From the NCBI GenBank assembly GCA_002269645.1, contig NIVC01003046.1:1-64000 (forward strand): 64,000 nucleotides of DNA, written 5' to 3'. Numbering within the stretch: position 1 is the stretch's first letter; every line of letters begins with the position of its first letter. Shown in pieces: positions 37,368 to 49,549 of the stretch. Origin of the DNA: Macrostomum lignano (taxonomy: Eukaryota). A model generated the notes under the pieces. That model worked only from the letters and a program-made list of their open reading frames with translations, was not told the DNA's origin and ran no database searches. The translations under genes and the position numbers were made by a program.

Positions 37368-40300
37368 TCACGGCACCCAGTGGTGCGGCAGAGTCGGCGG
37401 CCACATAGGATGGATCAGGTAGTCGCCTCGGACCCTGGTTGGCTGGTACACCAGGCCGCGCGGGTGCCTATCGGCTGAGACCGACGCCCAGCGCGCCTGC
37501 TGGCCGCTGCCGCACTCTGGATGTCGCCGACCAGAAACCGCGCGCAGTCGTTCGCGCTCCACCGGGCCCTGGTACTTGATGTAGCGGTGCAGCGAGGGCT
37601 GCGCAGAGCGCTGCCAGTCTGTCATGCGTCTCTGAGAGTTTGTGGAAGCAAATCAGATAGGTTGCTTTCTCTGTATTTGCTAGACTCTACCTCTACATTT
37701 TCTTGACTCTGACTCCATCAGCCGACTCGACTCACCCTGGCCTGCGCAAAATCCTCGTCACTTTCGTCATCCGGCAGGCGGCCCAGGCTTGAGACTCGAA
37801 ACTCCAGCTTCTGGCCGAAGACCTCCTCAACCGGGTCTTTGTCTGCGTACTGGCGCAGCGCGCCGTCGTCTGGCCGGTCAGCGAATTTGGCGCGCTGACG
37901 CTGGCGCGCAACCTGCTCGGACTGCGACCGGCTGGCGTCAACTGGAGTTGTTTTCGGGAGAGGAGACGAGGTCCTTTGGTTCTAAGTTTTGTTTTTTTTT
38001 GTTTGTTTGTTCGCTAGTTTGTTTTTAGTCATGCAGTTAGTATAAACATCTGTACAGTTAGTGTGTACATTGCTTACCTTGGTAGGTTGGCTTGCCAGTA
38101 ACCCCATCGGGGTTGTTAAATCCGGGCACATTGTGCAGTCGACAGGTGAGAAACACCCTGCGTGAGGTGGGCGAAAAATTTAATGGTGTGGTACGTGAGG
38201 TGACACAGGGGACAGGAGGTGACACAAAAACACAGGTGACAGTACTTTTAAAAGACTAAAATTGGGCGCAGACCCAAAAATGCAACTAAGGACATTCATA
38301 GCTCGCATTTTAGATTGCCTTAATTTTGATGCTTAGTGAGTCACATTTGATGCTTAGTGAGTCACATTTGATGCTTAGTGAGTCACATTTGATGCTTAGT
38401 GAGTCACATTTGATGCTTAGTGAGTCACATTTGATGCTTAGTGAGTCACATTTGATGCTTAGTGAGTCACATTTGATGCTTAGTGAGTCACATTTGATGC
38501 TTAGTGAGTCACATTTGATGCTTAGTGAGTCACATTTGATGCTTAGTGAGTCACATTTGATGCTTAGTGAGTCACATTTGATGCTTAGTGAGTCACATTT
38601 GATGCTTAGTGAGTCACATTTGATGCTTAAAGAGTCACAAATACTAAAGGAGTCACATTTGATGCTTAAAGAGTCACAAATACTAAAGGAGTCACATTTG
38701 ATGCTTAAAGAGTCACAAATACTAAAGGAGTCACATTTGATGCTTAAAGAGTCACAAATACTAAAGGAGTCACATTTGATGCTTAAAGAGTCACAAATAC
38801 TAAAGGAGTCACATTTGATGCTTAAAGAGTCACAAATACTAAAGGAGTCACATTTGATGCTTAAAGAGTCACAAATACTAAAGGAGTCACATTTGATGCT
38901 TGAATCCTGACGCCACTGAGGTGTTCAGAAATTCATAGTCTACGTATTCCCTGCTGACCTTGCTATGCTAAGAGAGAACTGCTGAAGTGCTGGGTGAGAC
39001 GGGGCTATCGCTGTAGGCGTTGGCGGCGGGAGTAGCTTCCCGAGATGGGATTTTTTCTGCTTAGGCAAAGTGAGGTTCCGATGTAGGCTAGATTTAGGGG
39101 GCAGATGGGGGCTGAATTAGCTGCCTGCTTGAGAGGGGCCGCTTCCACTGGGTGCAAAAGCTTTTTACGGATTTCCTATTTGGCTGGAGAATAATTACTG
39201 AGGAAGATGGGTATAGGGGGGGGGGGCAGCGAGCTGCTGCGTAGAGGTCTGTCTTACTACAGTGCACTTCTGTTACTGACCGAATGCTGTGCTTATTGAA
39301 TGCCTCCCATGATCTGCTGCTGACATAGGGGGATACGCGGGCGAGTGAGCTGTCTGAAAGACAACACCTGAAATAGCTATGTGTAGCTGGAAGAGAAAGT
39401 GAGAGAGTGGGACACCAAGGTGTGAAAGGGATACGAGGTATCAGGACGTAAGATGTGAGAAGGGCATGAGAAATGAGTAGAATATGAGATGTGAGAAGGA
39501 CATGAGATTTGAGAAGGACATGAGATGTGAGAAAGACATATGTAAGAAGGATATGAGATGTGAGAAGGACATGAGACGCGAGTAGGACATGAGACGTGAG
39601 AAGGACATGAGATGTGAGAAGGATATGAAATTTGAGGACATGAGACGTGAGAAGGACATGAGATGTGAAAAGGACATGAGATGTGAGAAAGACATATGTG
39701 AGAAGCATATGAGATGTGAGAAGGACATGAGAAATGAGAAGCGTATGAGATGTGAGAAGCACGTGGGATGTGAGAAGACATGAGATGTGAGAAGGACATG
39801 AGATTTGAGAAGGACATGAGATGTGAGAAAGACATATGTAAGAAGGATATGAGATGTGAGAAGGACATGAGACGCGAGAAGGACATGAGACGTGAGAAGG
39901 ACATGAGATGTGAGAAGGATATGAAATTTGAGGACATGAGACGTGAGAAGGACATGAGATGTGAAAAGGACATGAGATGTGAGAAAGACATATGTGAGAA
40001 GCATATGAGATGTGAGAAGGACATGAGAAATGAGAAGCGTATGAGATGTGAGAAGCACGTGGGATGTGAGAAGACATGAGATGTGAGAAGGATATGAGAA
40101 ATGAGAAGCGTATGAGATGTGAGAAGCACGTGGGATGTGAAAATACATGAGATGTGAGAAGGACATGAGATGTGAGGATATTAGATGTGAGAAGGACTTG
40201 AGATGTGAAGACATTAGATGTGAGAAGGATATGAGATGTGAGAAGGACATGAGATGTGAGGACATGAGATTTGAGAAGGACATGAGATGTGAAAAAGACA

Positions 40301-40980
40301 AGAGATGTGAGGACATGAGATGTGAGGACATGAAATGTGAGGACATGAGATGTGAGGACATGAGATGTGAGGACATGAGATGTGAGGACATGAGATGTGA
40401 GGACATGAGATGTGAGGACATGAGATGTGAGGACATGAGATGTGAGGACATGAGATGTGAGGACATGAGATGTGAGGACATGAGATGTGAGAAGGATATG
40501 AGATTTGAGAAGGATATTAGATGTGAGTTCATAAGATTTGAGGTGGGGGTGCCGAAGTCCCAGACTCCCAGCTCACATGGGTGGATGCGGGTTGTTCCGT
40601 CTATTCGGCGAGGTTGGCCTCAGCAGAGTCGGCTCGTCCAGGCGCTTCGCCGAATAGTGCCTCTGGTAGCTGGTCTGGTCAGGCAGCGGCTGCTGGGACT
40701 GCGGCTGCGGCAGCTGCTGTCGCTGCTGGATCGGCGGCCGCCCGCTCCACATCTCGCGAGCCTGGCGTCGGATCGCCTCCAACCTGTCGGACGCCACAGG
40801 CGCCTGAGTCAGCAGCCAGCGGCGGTTATTATTCTCCGGGATGAAGCTCGGCTTGATGCCGCCGATGCCGCCCGCCGCCGCCGCTCCCACAGTTGTCGAT
40901 CGCCGCTGCTCCTCGTGCGCCCTGTAGAGATTGGACACGGCTTCGCCTCGCTGGGCCGGCAGTACGTGCCCGGTTGCCAT
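37368..40980 (-). CDS. Uncharacterised protein, 5-exon model (about 360 aa)
   Basis: Exons 40980-40577, 39087-38959 (or 39367-38959 with one extra base), 38157-38078, 37941-37736, 37631-37368. All GT-AG with phases 2,2,1,0 closing into one frame; ACCATGG start context; CpG-rich relative to the introns. No family recognised. Confidence 0.7.
38326..38900. repeat. Compound minisatellite: 14 perfect 21-mers followed by 7 perfect 39-mers
   Basis: (TTGATGCTTAGTGAGTCACAT)14 then (TTGATGCTTAAAGAGTCACAAATACTAAAGGAGTCACAT)7. Confidence 0.97.
39445..40520. repeat. 15/18-bp minisatellite (GAGATGTGAG[AAG]GACAT)n
   Basis: Tandem units with a higher-order duplication of about 297 bp (39537 vs 39834). Confidence 0.95.
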
Positions 40981-41759
40981 GGTTACTAATTACTACTGTT
41001 GAAGTTGTAATTTATAATTTTTTCTAAGAAAGAAGATCCGTCGAAACGAAGTTCAAATGAAATTGAGAATTCGGAATCCCGTTATCGTTTAGGTTGCGTC
41101 TGCAGTATGGTTGAAGGCCGTCTGTCTCTTATTCTTTATATTTTAATAACTGTACTGCAAACCGGCTCGCGTAGCGACGCCTGGAGGGTGGGGGAGAGAG
41201 AGAGAAGGAAAGGAGGGCTACAGGCCAGAGAAATTCAATGGGGGTTGATGAAGCCAAGAAAGAAAGCTTACAGAGTTGCAGAGGCTGCTTTGGAAGGAAA
41301 TCACCTCCCCCCCTTGCCGCCGGTCGCCATGAGGACAGCTGGAGCTGGAGGGGGTTTCGCAGACTCCAACCGCCCCCCCCCCCCCCCTACTCCATTAGCT
41401 TGACAACAATGGAACGCTGTGTGCAAAAGAGAGAGAAGAGACGAACCGAGAGTAAAATAGAGATTGAAGCAGTTGCCGCTGCACCTGCCTCATCTCCCAC
41501 GACATGGAAACCCAGCTGAGCAGCTTGGTGGGGGAGCCAGGGGCTTTCAGGGCTGGGCCGGGACAGTGCCCTCGTATTTGTTGATTTGCAAAACGAATTG
41601 ACTGCTTTTGGTAAAAGTACAAGTCAAAATTCGCATTATTTGTCGATATCTTTGAATCTAAGCTGGCCAGCCATCTTGCAAACTGTTTTGATTGTCTGAC
41701 TGGCCATTTCTAAGTTGGCTTGGACTCTCAGGCACTCTCTGACTGTCTGACTGTCATTG

Positions 41760-42525
41760 ACTCTTTGTCTGTTTGTCATTGGCTCCTTGTCTGACTGTTA
41801 TTGGCTCTTTGTCTGACTGTTATTGGCTCTTTGTCTGATTGTCATTGGCTCTTTGTCTGATTGTCATTGGCTCTTTGTCTGATTGTCATTGGCTCTTTGT
41901 CTGATTGTCATTGGCTCTTTGTCTGACTGTCATTGGCTCTTTGTCTGACTGTCATTGGCTCTTTGTCTGACTGTCATTGACTCTTTGTCTAACTGTCATT
42001 GGCTATTTGTCTGACTGTCATTGGCTCTTTGTCTAACTGTCATTGGCTATTTGTCTGACTGTCATTGGCTCTTTGTCTGTTTTTCATTGACTCTTTGTCT
42101 GACTGTCATTGGCTATTTGTTTGTTTGTCATTGGCTCTTTGTCTGTTTGTCATTGACTCTTTGTCTGACTGTCATTGACTCTTTGTCTGACTGTCATTGG
42201 CTCTTTGTCTGTTTGTCATTGACTCTTTGTCTGACTGTCATTGGCTCTTTGTCTGTTTGTCATTGACTCTCTGTCTGACTGTCATTGACTCTTTGTCTGA
42301 TTGTCATTGGCTCTTTGTCTGACTGTCATTGGCTCTTTGTCTGTTTGTCATTGGCTCTTTGTCTGACTGTCATTGGCTCTTTGTCTGACTGTCATTGGCT
42401 CTTTGTCTGTTTGTCATTGACTCTTTGTCTGACTGTCATTGGCTCTTTGTCTGACTGTCATTGGCTCTTTGTCTGACTGTCATTGGCTCTTTGTCTAACT
42501 GTCATTGGATCTTTGTCTGACTGTC
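41760..42525. repeat. 22-bp minisatellite (GTCTGACTGTCATTGGCTCTTT)n
   Basis: About 35 units. Confidence 0.95.
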
Positions 42526-43129
42526 GATTTGATTCTCAAGGCACGCTTTTAACTGACTACATTTTAGAAGCTCAAGGACTTTCACACTACTGTCAAATAG
42601 TTATGGCTAAATTATATCACACCATTAGTAAGAAATCCTCTATACTGAGATTTATCGATCTCTCTGCCTGTCGGAAAATAGAAAAATAGCCGCTTCCAGC
42701 AGCATATAGTAAAGCAATCCGGTCTTCCTTCATCGAACCGTAGAAGCTGATAACGGTCTCAGTCAAGGGTTTCTATATACGACTGACTTGACAGGACTAA
42801 GTTACTAATAATAACATTGTAGCTCTGTAGCATACGAATGCAGGACGACATCTCTGATCTCCCTCTCTAGCCCCGATATGATTTATTCAGATTTCATCCC
42901 AAATTCGCACGGGAGCTGTGTCTCGTATTTAGAGCGGGAAACTTTTTTGGTCAACGGAAACAACAGCAAAAAAACGCAAAACTAAAAAGTTGCTTTAGCT
43001 GAAAGTATCTTCTTTTGCAAGTAGCAGAGTGGATTGAATCTGCTTGGAGTGCGATTTTACACTCTACCGAATTCACTGACTGTTTGCGAAATTTCACAAA
43101 CACATGCATCTGTTTTCTCTTCTCTAATC

Positions 43130-44050
43130 TTCTCTCCTCTCCTCTCCTCCCCTCTCCACTCCTCTCCTCTACCCTCCTCTCCTCCCCTCTCCACTCCTCT
43201 TCTCTCCTCTCCTCTCCTCTCCTCTCCTCTCCTCTCCCCTCCACTCCTCTCCTCTCCTCCCCTCTCCACTCCTCTCCTCTACCCTCCTCTCCTCCCCTCT
43301 CCACTCCTCTTCTCTCCTCTCCTCTCCTCTCCTCTCCTCTCCTCTCCTCTCCTCTCCTCTCCTCTCCTCTCCTCTCCTCCCCTCTCTACTCCTCTCCTCT
43401 CCTCCCCTCTCTACTCCTCTCCTCTCCTCCCCTATCTTCTCCCCTTCTCTCCTCTGCTCCCCTCTCCCCTCCTCTCCTCTGCTCCCCTCTCCCCTCCCCT
43501 TCTCTCCTCTCCTCCCCTCTCCCCTCCTCTACTCTCCTCCCTCTCCTCTCCTCTCCTCTCCTCTCCTCTACTCTCCTCTCCTCCCCTCTCCTCTCCTCTC
43601 CTCCCCTCTTCACTCCTCTCCCCTCCTCTCCTCTCCTCTCCTCTCCTCTCCCTCCCCTTCTCTCCTCTCCCCTCCCCTTCTCTCCTCTCCCCTCCCCTTC
43701 TCTCCTCTCCTCCCCTCTCCACTCCTCTCCTCTCCTCCCCTATCTTCTCCCCTCCTCTCCTCTCCTCCCCTCTCCCCTCCTCTCCTCTCCTCCCCTATCT
43801 TCTCCCCTCCTCTCCTCTCCTCTCCTCTTCTCTCCTCTCCTCTCCTCCCCTCTCCTCTCCTCTCCTCTCCTCTCCTCTCTTCTCCTCTCCTCTCCTCTCC
43901 TCTCCTCTCCTCTCCTCTCCTCTCCTCTCATCTCCTCTCCTCTCCTCTCCTCCCCTCTCCTCTCCTCTTCTCTCCTCTCCTCTCCTCCCCTCTCCTCTCC
44001 TCTCCTCTTCTCTCCTCTCCTCTCCTCTCCTCTCCTCTCCTCTCCTCTTC
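43130..44050. repeat. (CTCCT)n polypyrimidine tract
   Basis: About 920 bp almost purely C/T on the + strand. Confidence 0.97.
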
Positions 44051-44721
44051 TCGTTCTTCACCTCTCCCTCTTATCCTCTACGCCTTGCCAGATCTTATCG
44101 CCAGCAGAAGTCGCAGCTTGAATCCATAGTAACCGGCCACAGTGCTAAATGCCATCCATACATTACTACAACCAAAGTCACCGAAGTCACCGGACAGCCA
44201 GCCAACCAATCTACCCACAGTTCCCCAGTCCTAACGCTATCTGTTTGAACTCCTCATTTCCCAAGCAAGAGATTGCCTTCTACCTCGAACTGCTTTGTAC
44301 ACCCAAGTATTCTTAGCACCCAAATAGTGCGTGTGCTAGCTCGCTACCCCCGTGCCCATCTCATTAGCCGAGTGGCACTCCCCACTGTGTAATCCATTCC
44401 ACCCGAACTCCCCGTCTTCAAGAAGCTGCTCAAATCGATGCCTTTGCACGTTTCCTTCACTCATGCCAATCTGTTCTATCTTGGCCTGTTATCCCCTGCC
44501 GCCTGTCCTTGTTGACAGGCCGAGCTCAGACTGGACCGCCATCGATTCAGGATGGGATTGAGGCCGCTAAAAGCATTGCAGTTAGTTGCTAAGCACTCAG
44601 AAACCTACTGTTGCTTAACTCCCACCTCAAAAACAAGCAGGGAATTTATTAATCTTTTAAGCCATGCACTCAATCTTCGAGTCAAATCTCATCTGCTTTA
44701 ATGCTAAAACTTGCACAATTT

Positions 44722-45345
44722 TCGTTTCTATCTCACCCATTCTCTTACTGGATCTCACCCATTCTCTTACCGGATCTCACCCATTCTCTTACTGGATCTC
44801 ACCCATTCTCTTACCGGATCTCACCCATTCTCTTACTGGATCTCACCCATTCTCTTACCGGATCTCACCCATTCTCTTACTGGATCTCACCCATTCTCTA
44901 ACTGGATCTCACCAATTCTCTTACTGGATCTCACCCATTCTCTAACTGGATCTCACCAATTCTCTTACTGGATCTCACCCATTCTCTTACTGGATCTCAC
45001 CCATTCTCTTACTGGATCTCACCCATTCTCTTACTGGATCTCACCCATTCTCTTACTGGATCTAACCCATTCTCTTACTGGATCTAACCCGTCTCCTACT
45101 CAATTTCACTCATATCCTACTCAATCTCACCCATCTCCTACTCAATCTCACCCATCTCCTACTCAATCTCACCCATCTCCTACTCAATCTCACCCATCTC
45201 CTACTCAACCTCACCCATCTCCTACTCAACCTCACCCGTCTCCTACTCAACCTCACCCGTCTCCTACTCAACCTCACCCGTTTCCTACTCAATCTCACCC
45301 GTTTCCTACTCAATCTCACCTATCTCCTACTCAATCTCACCCGTC
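44722..45345. repeat. 22-bp (CTGGATCTCACCCATTCTCTTA)n then 21-bp (CCTACTCAATCTCACCCATCT)n; the same family recurs at 46730-46930
   Basis: Tandem units. Confidence 0.92.
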
Positions 45346-45839
45346 TCCGAGAGCAAATAGATTTTAAGCGTGAAAGCCAAGCAGTAATGACAACATAGTT
45401 GCCTTAGTTTTATTGAATATCTAATGAAAAAGAGGATTATTAACTGCTAGAAACTCAAGATTCCCTAGTTATTGCCGAGTTTCTATACAAACAGACTGAA
45501 GGTGAGCGGGGAAAGCCAGAGTGCTTAGCGATGCCTAACAGTGACAGCAGGTGGTGCTGCTAGATGCTTTTTCTACAGGTGCAAAACTATTCCCAGTTCT
45601 TTTACTAAAAAGCTTCATTTTAGTCGCAGTTTTATGAGCAGAGTTACGAAACGATGACTTTTTTTAGGATTTTCTCAAATAGCGCAAAGAGGACGACATA
45701 ATAACTGTCAGTATTGACCAGTCTCTGTTATGCATCGATCATCCGGATGGCTGGTCTTTGACCAAGCGATGTTTCACCAAGTTTGACTTGCCGACTCTGA
45801 AATTTAGGCATTCGGGGGATGAGTAGCTATAGATTCACT

Positions 45840-46200
45840 CATGTTGACCTTGACCCATATACTGACCCTGACACATATGTTGACCCAGACCTAAATGTGG
45901 ACCCTGACACATGTTGACCCTGACCCATATGTTGACCCTGACCCATATGTTGACCCTGACCCATATGTTCACTCTGACCCATATGTTGACCCTGACCTAA
46001 ATGTGGACCCTGACACATATGTTGACCCAGACCTAAATGTGGACCCTGACACATATGTTGACCCTGACCGATATGTTGACCCTGACCCATATGTTCACTC
46101 TGACCCATAGTTTGACTCTGACCCATATGTTCACTCTGACCCAAAGGTTGACTCTGACCCATATGTTAACTCTGACCCATATGTTTACCCTGACCCATAG
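45840..46200. repeat. 18-bp minisatellite (GACCCTGACCCATATGTT)n
   Basis: Tandem units. Confidence 0.9.
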
Positions 46201-47596
46201 GCTCACTCTAGCAACAAACCGTGACAGTATCAATTGAAAGTGAATTTCACGAATGCAGAACAGCCGAGATTTCCCCCAGAATCGATTGCTTTAACTAATG
46301 TAATTACTTCGTTATCTGCTGTACAAAAAGCTGCTCAAATCATTGTCATTAACTACCGAATACCCTCCAAATCCGGACCATCTGGAGGCGGAGAGAAAAT
46401 GCGACAAAAATCCTCCGGGAGTTGAGTCTCGAATTTCCGAAATCGATGGACTGAAAGTATGGAACAGCCTGAGTCCCCAGGAATCCGGGACTGGATGGAC
46501 TCGCGGACACAGAAAATCACTCCGGTCTATTTTAGCCACGGAGTTCTCGGCGGCAAAACACGCAAGTAAAAAGCAGAAATGCGATTTCAGTAATCTTAGC
46601 TTTGAGAAATTCCCATTATTCCAACCATTGTGAGCACTGAGATCTCACGCATTGCTGACTGCTCGATCTCACGAGTCACTCACTCAAACTCACACATCAC
46701 CCACTCAACCTTACCTATCACTCACTCGATCTCACCCATTCTCTTACTGGATCTCACCTATCTCCGATTTGATCTCATCCAACTCTCACTGGATCTCACC
46801 CATCTCTCACTGAATCTCACCATTCTCTTACTGGATCTCACCCATTCTCTCACTGGATCTCACCCATCTCTCACTGAATCTCACCCATCTCTCACTGGAT
46901 CTCACCCATCTCCTACTCAATCTCACCCATCTCACCCTCAGTCCCGTCAGTGTTTAAGCACAAGAGCAGCATGAGCCGCCATCAGTTTAAGTGGGATAAG
47001 TGGGATTCTAATTTGAGAAAGAGAGGCAGAACCACAAAGACACGGCATAGAAGAGTCCCTGAAAGAAGTCTTTCGATAAAAATCGCCAGCGTCTCTATAG
47101 TTAAAACACGCCGCGAGAAATACCAAAATATCCCATCCAGCTCCCTGCGGAAGGGCAATCCGATTTCTCATCTCGCCAGGATTTTATCGCGCTTATCCTC
47201 GGGCGGTCGCGATTCCCAATTCGATTCGGTAGGGGGGGGGGGGGCTCAGAGAATCGGGGCATTCAATTTCTATCGCCAAGCCTCAGACAGAGTAAACAGC
47301 TCTGCTGCATAGGATGCGTGCGCGTGCGTGACTGCGCTGAATTTGGCAACAAAAGTAGATTCTTTCGACGCCAAAAGGGCGAGTGCAGGTGAGCCATGGG
47401 CTAAAGATGTCGGAGAATCGTTTAAAGCAGAATGGGAGACAAAAATAAACATATTTGAGGCAAAATGGGTAGAGCTAGACAGGCCTGAGGCGAATTTGAG
47501 ATTAAGTCAGACACGTATAAAGTGAATTAGAAGCAGAAATTAAGCAACTAAACGAAAACATCAAAGATGACAAACTGAACCTGGCTGACTCTCTGA

Positions 47597-47902
47597 TCAT
47601 CCAGCCGGCTCATCCTGCTCCTTCGGCTTCGTCAGCGATTCCTGAGCCTCGGCCTCTGCGCCACCGCCGCCGACTCCGCTGCCGCTGTGCTGCTGTCGCA
47701 GGCTCTCCTTCCTGATTGACAGCGCTCGCTCGCGCTGCTCAGACAGCTGTCTCTGGTAGCAGTCCTCATCTGCTGCCTTTTCTCGTTTGCGTCTTCGACG
47801 TACTTTGCGCTGGTCGAAATAACGACACAGACAGAACAAGGTGACCACGAACACGACGCCAAGGCCGACCTCAAGGAATACCCAGGCCTGACCGGGACGC
47901 AT
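47597..47902 (-). CDS. Small single-pass membrane protein (101 aa) or terminal coding exon of a larger gene
   Basis: Hydrophobic AWVFLEVGLGVVFVVTLFCLC followed by RKVRRRRKREK (positive-inside pattern); GC/CpG-rich. A CAG acceptor at 47922-24 precedes the in-frame extension HINKPA-M. Confidence 0.55.
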   Translation of the reverse strand: MRPGQAWVFLEVGLGVVFVVTLFCLCRYFDQRKVRRRRKREKAADEDCYQRQLSEQRERALSIRKESLRQQHSGSGVGGGGAEAEAQESLTKPKEQDEPAG

Positions 47903-48044
47903 TGCTGGCTTGTTGATGTGCCTGTTGATTGAGCTTGGTAGAGCAGTGATGGTAATAATACAGGCTCAAATGTATTGCGTTAATGTATATAACCTTGCAT
48001 TGAGGCCCCTTAATTACCTCTATTCATAATAGAGCCGCTATTCA

Positions 48045-48545
48045 TTAATTGCCTCTCGATAGAGAGCCGTTACACATTAATTGCCCCCTGATAGAGAGCC
48101 GTTACACATTAATTGCCCCCTGATAGAGAGCCGTTACACATTAATTGCCCCCTGATAGAGAGCTGTTACACCTTAATTGCCCTTGATGGAGAGCCGTTAC
48201 ACCTTAATTGCCCTTGATGGAGAGCCGTTACACATTAATTGCCCCCTGATAGAGAGCCGTTACACCTTAATTGCCCCCTGATAGAGAGCCGTTACACATT
48301 AATTGCCCCCTGATAGAGAGCCGTTACACCTTAATTGCCCCCTGATAGAGAGCCGTTACACCTTAATTGCCCCCTGATAGAGAGCCGTTACACCTTAATT
48401 GCCCCCTGATAGAGAGCCGTTACACCTTAATTGCCCCCTGATAGAGAGCCGTTACACCTTAATTGCCCCCTGATAGAGAGCCGTTACACATTAATTGCCC
48501 CCTGATAGAGAGCCGTTACACCTTAATTGCCCTTGATGGAGAGCC
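48045..48545. repeat. 32-bp minisatellite (TTAATTGCCCCCTGATAGAGAGCCGTTACACC)n
   Basis: About 15 units. Confidence 0.95.
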
Positions 48546-49549
48546 GCTACACCATGAACTACGAGCTACAAACGGAGATCCAAGGACAAGTGAATACTCG
48601 TATTAAAAACGAGCCATATTGTCTAAGTCATTTCCTGCAACCTTACACCATGAGCCAGTGCAAAAAATGTCTAACCGAAAATGCGACTAGCTCACCGCAG
48701 ATGAGCTCCTTGAAGCGTTGGCGATTGTAATTACTCTTCTGCAGCTTGCACAGAGATGACTATTTCGAGATGAGCACCATACCCTCTGTCCTCGAGTTCG
48801 AGCCCTATTTACGCACAGGATGAAAAGAACAGTCACATGCAGCTAGTTCGATTCCTATCCTTTCTGCTCCTCTCTATCCAATCTCAGCCAGTGCTCGCGA
48901 GGCCCTGTCTATCTGTCTGTCGGTCTCCCATAGGCTGTTCAGGACTGCATACCGCGTCTTGGTCAATGGAGAATTCTCAAAGGGGCAAAAACTGTCGTTG
49001 GTTCGAACGAGGATAAGGGGAGGGGCTAGGAACGAAGGGAAGAGGATCGGGGAAGCGGGAGAGGCAGCCTTGGAATATTTTTTGTGAGGATCAAACGAGG
49101 GCAGAGAGAGGGTTATAGGGGATTAAAGATAAGCTCGATATAGTAGAAGGAGAGACAACGACTGAAGATTAATAAATACAATAGTCAATGATTATGTGCA
49201 TAGGACTGACTGCATTCTGAGTCCTTTTGTTGTTGACTCAGTGACTTATTCGGGTCAAATTACTTGTGTTTTTACCTAACATGGCCTACATGTAGTAGAG
49301 ATCGAGGTTGAGAGCTGCGGAGAAGGCAGTGGAATTACAGGCTTAACAGAAACATGCAAGAGGTTGAAGTGCAAAGAGAACAATACTATGGAAAGAGGGA
49401 CTGGGATGGGAGTAGAGAGACTGGTGTGAGAGTAGAGAGACTGAGGTGAGAGTAGAGAGTCTAAGGTGAGAATAGAGAGACTAGAGTGAGAGTAGAGAGA
49501 CTGGGATCGAAAGTAGAGAACCTTGGGTGAGAGTAGAGACTGAGTGGGA

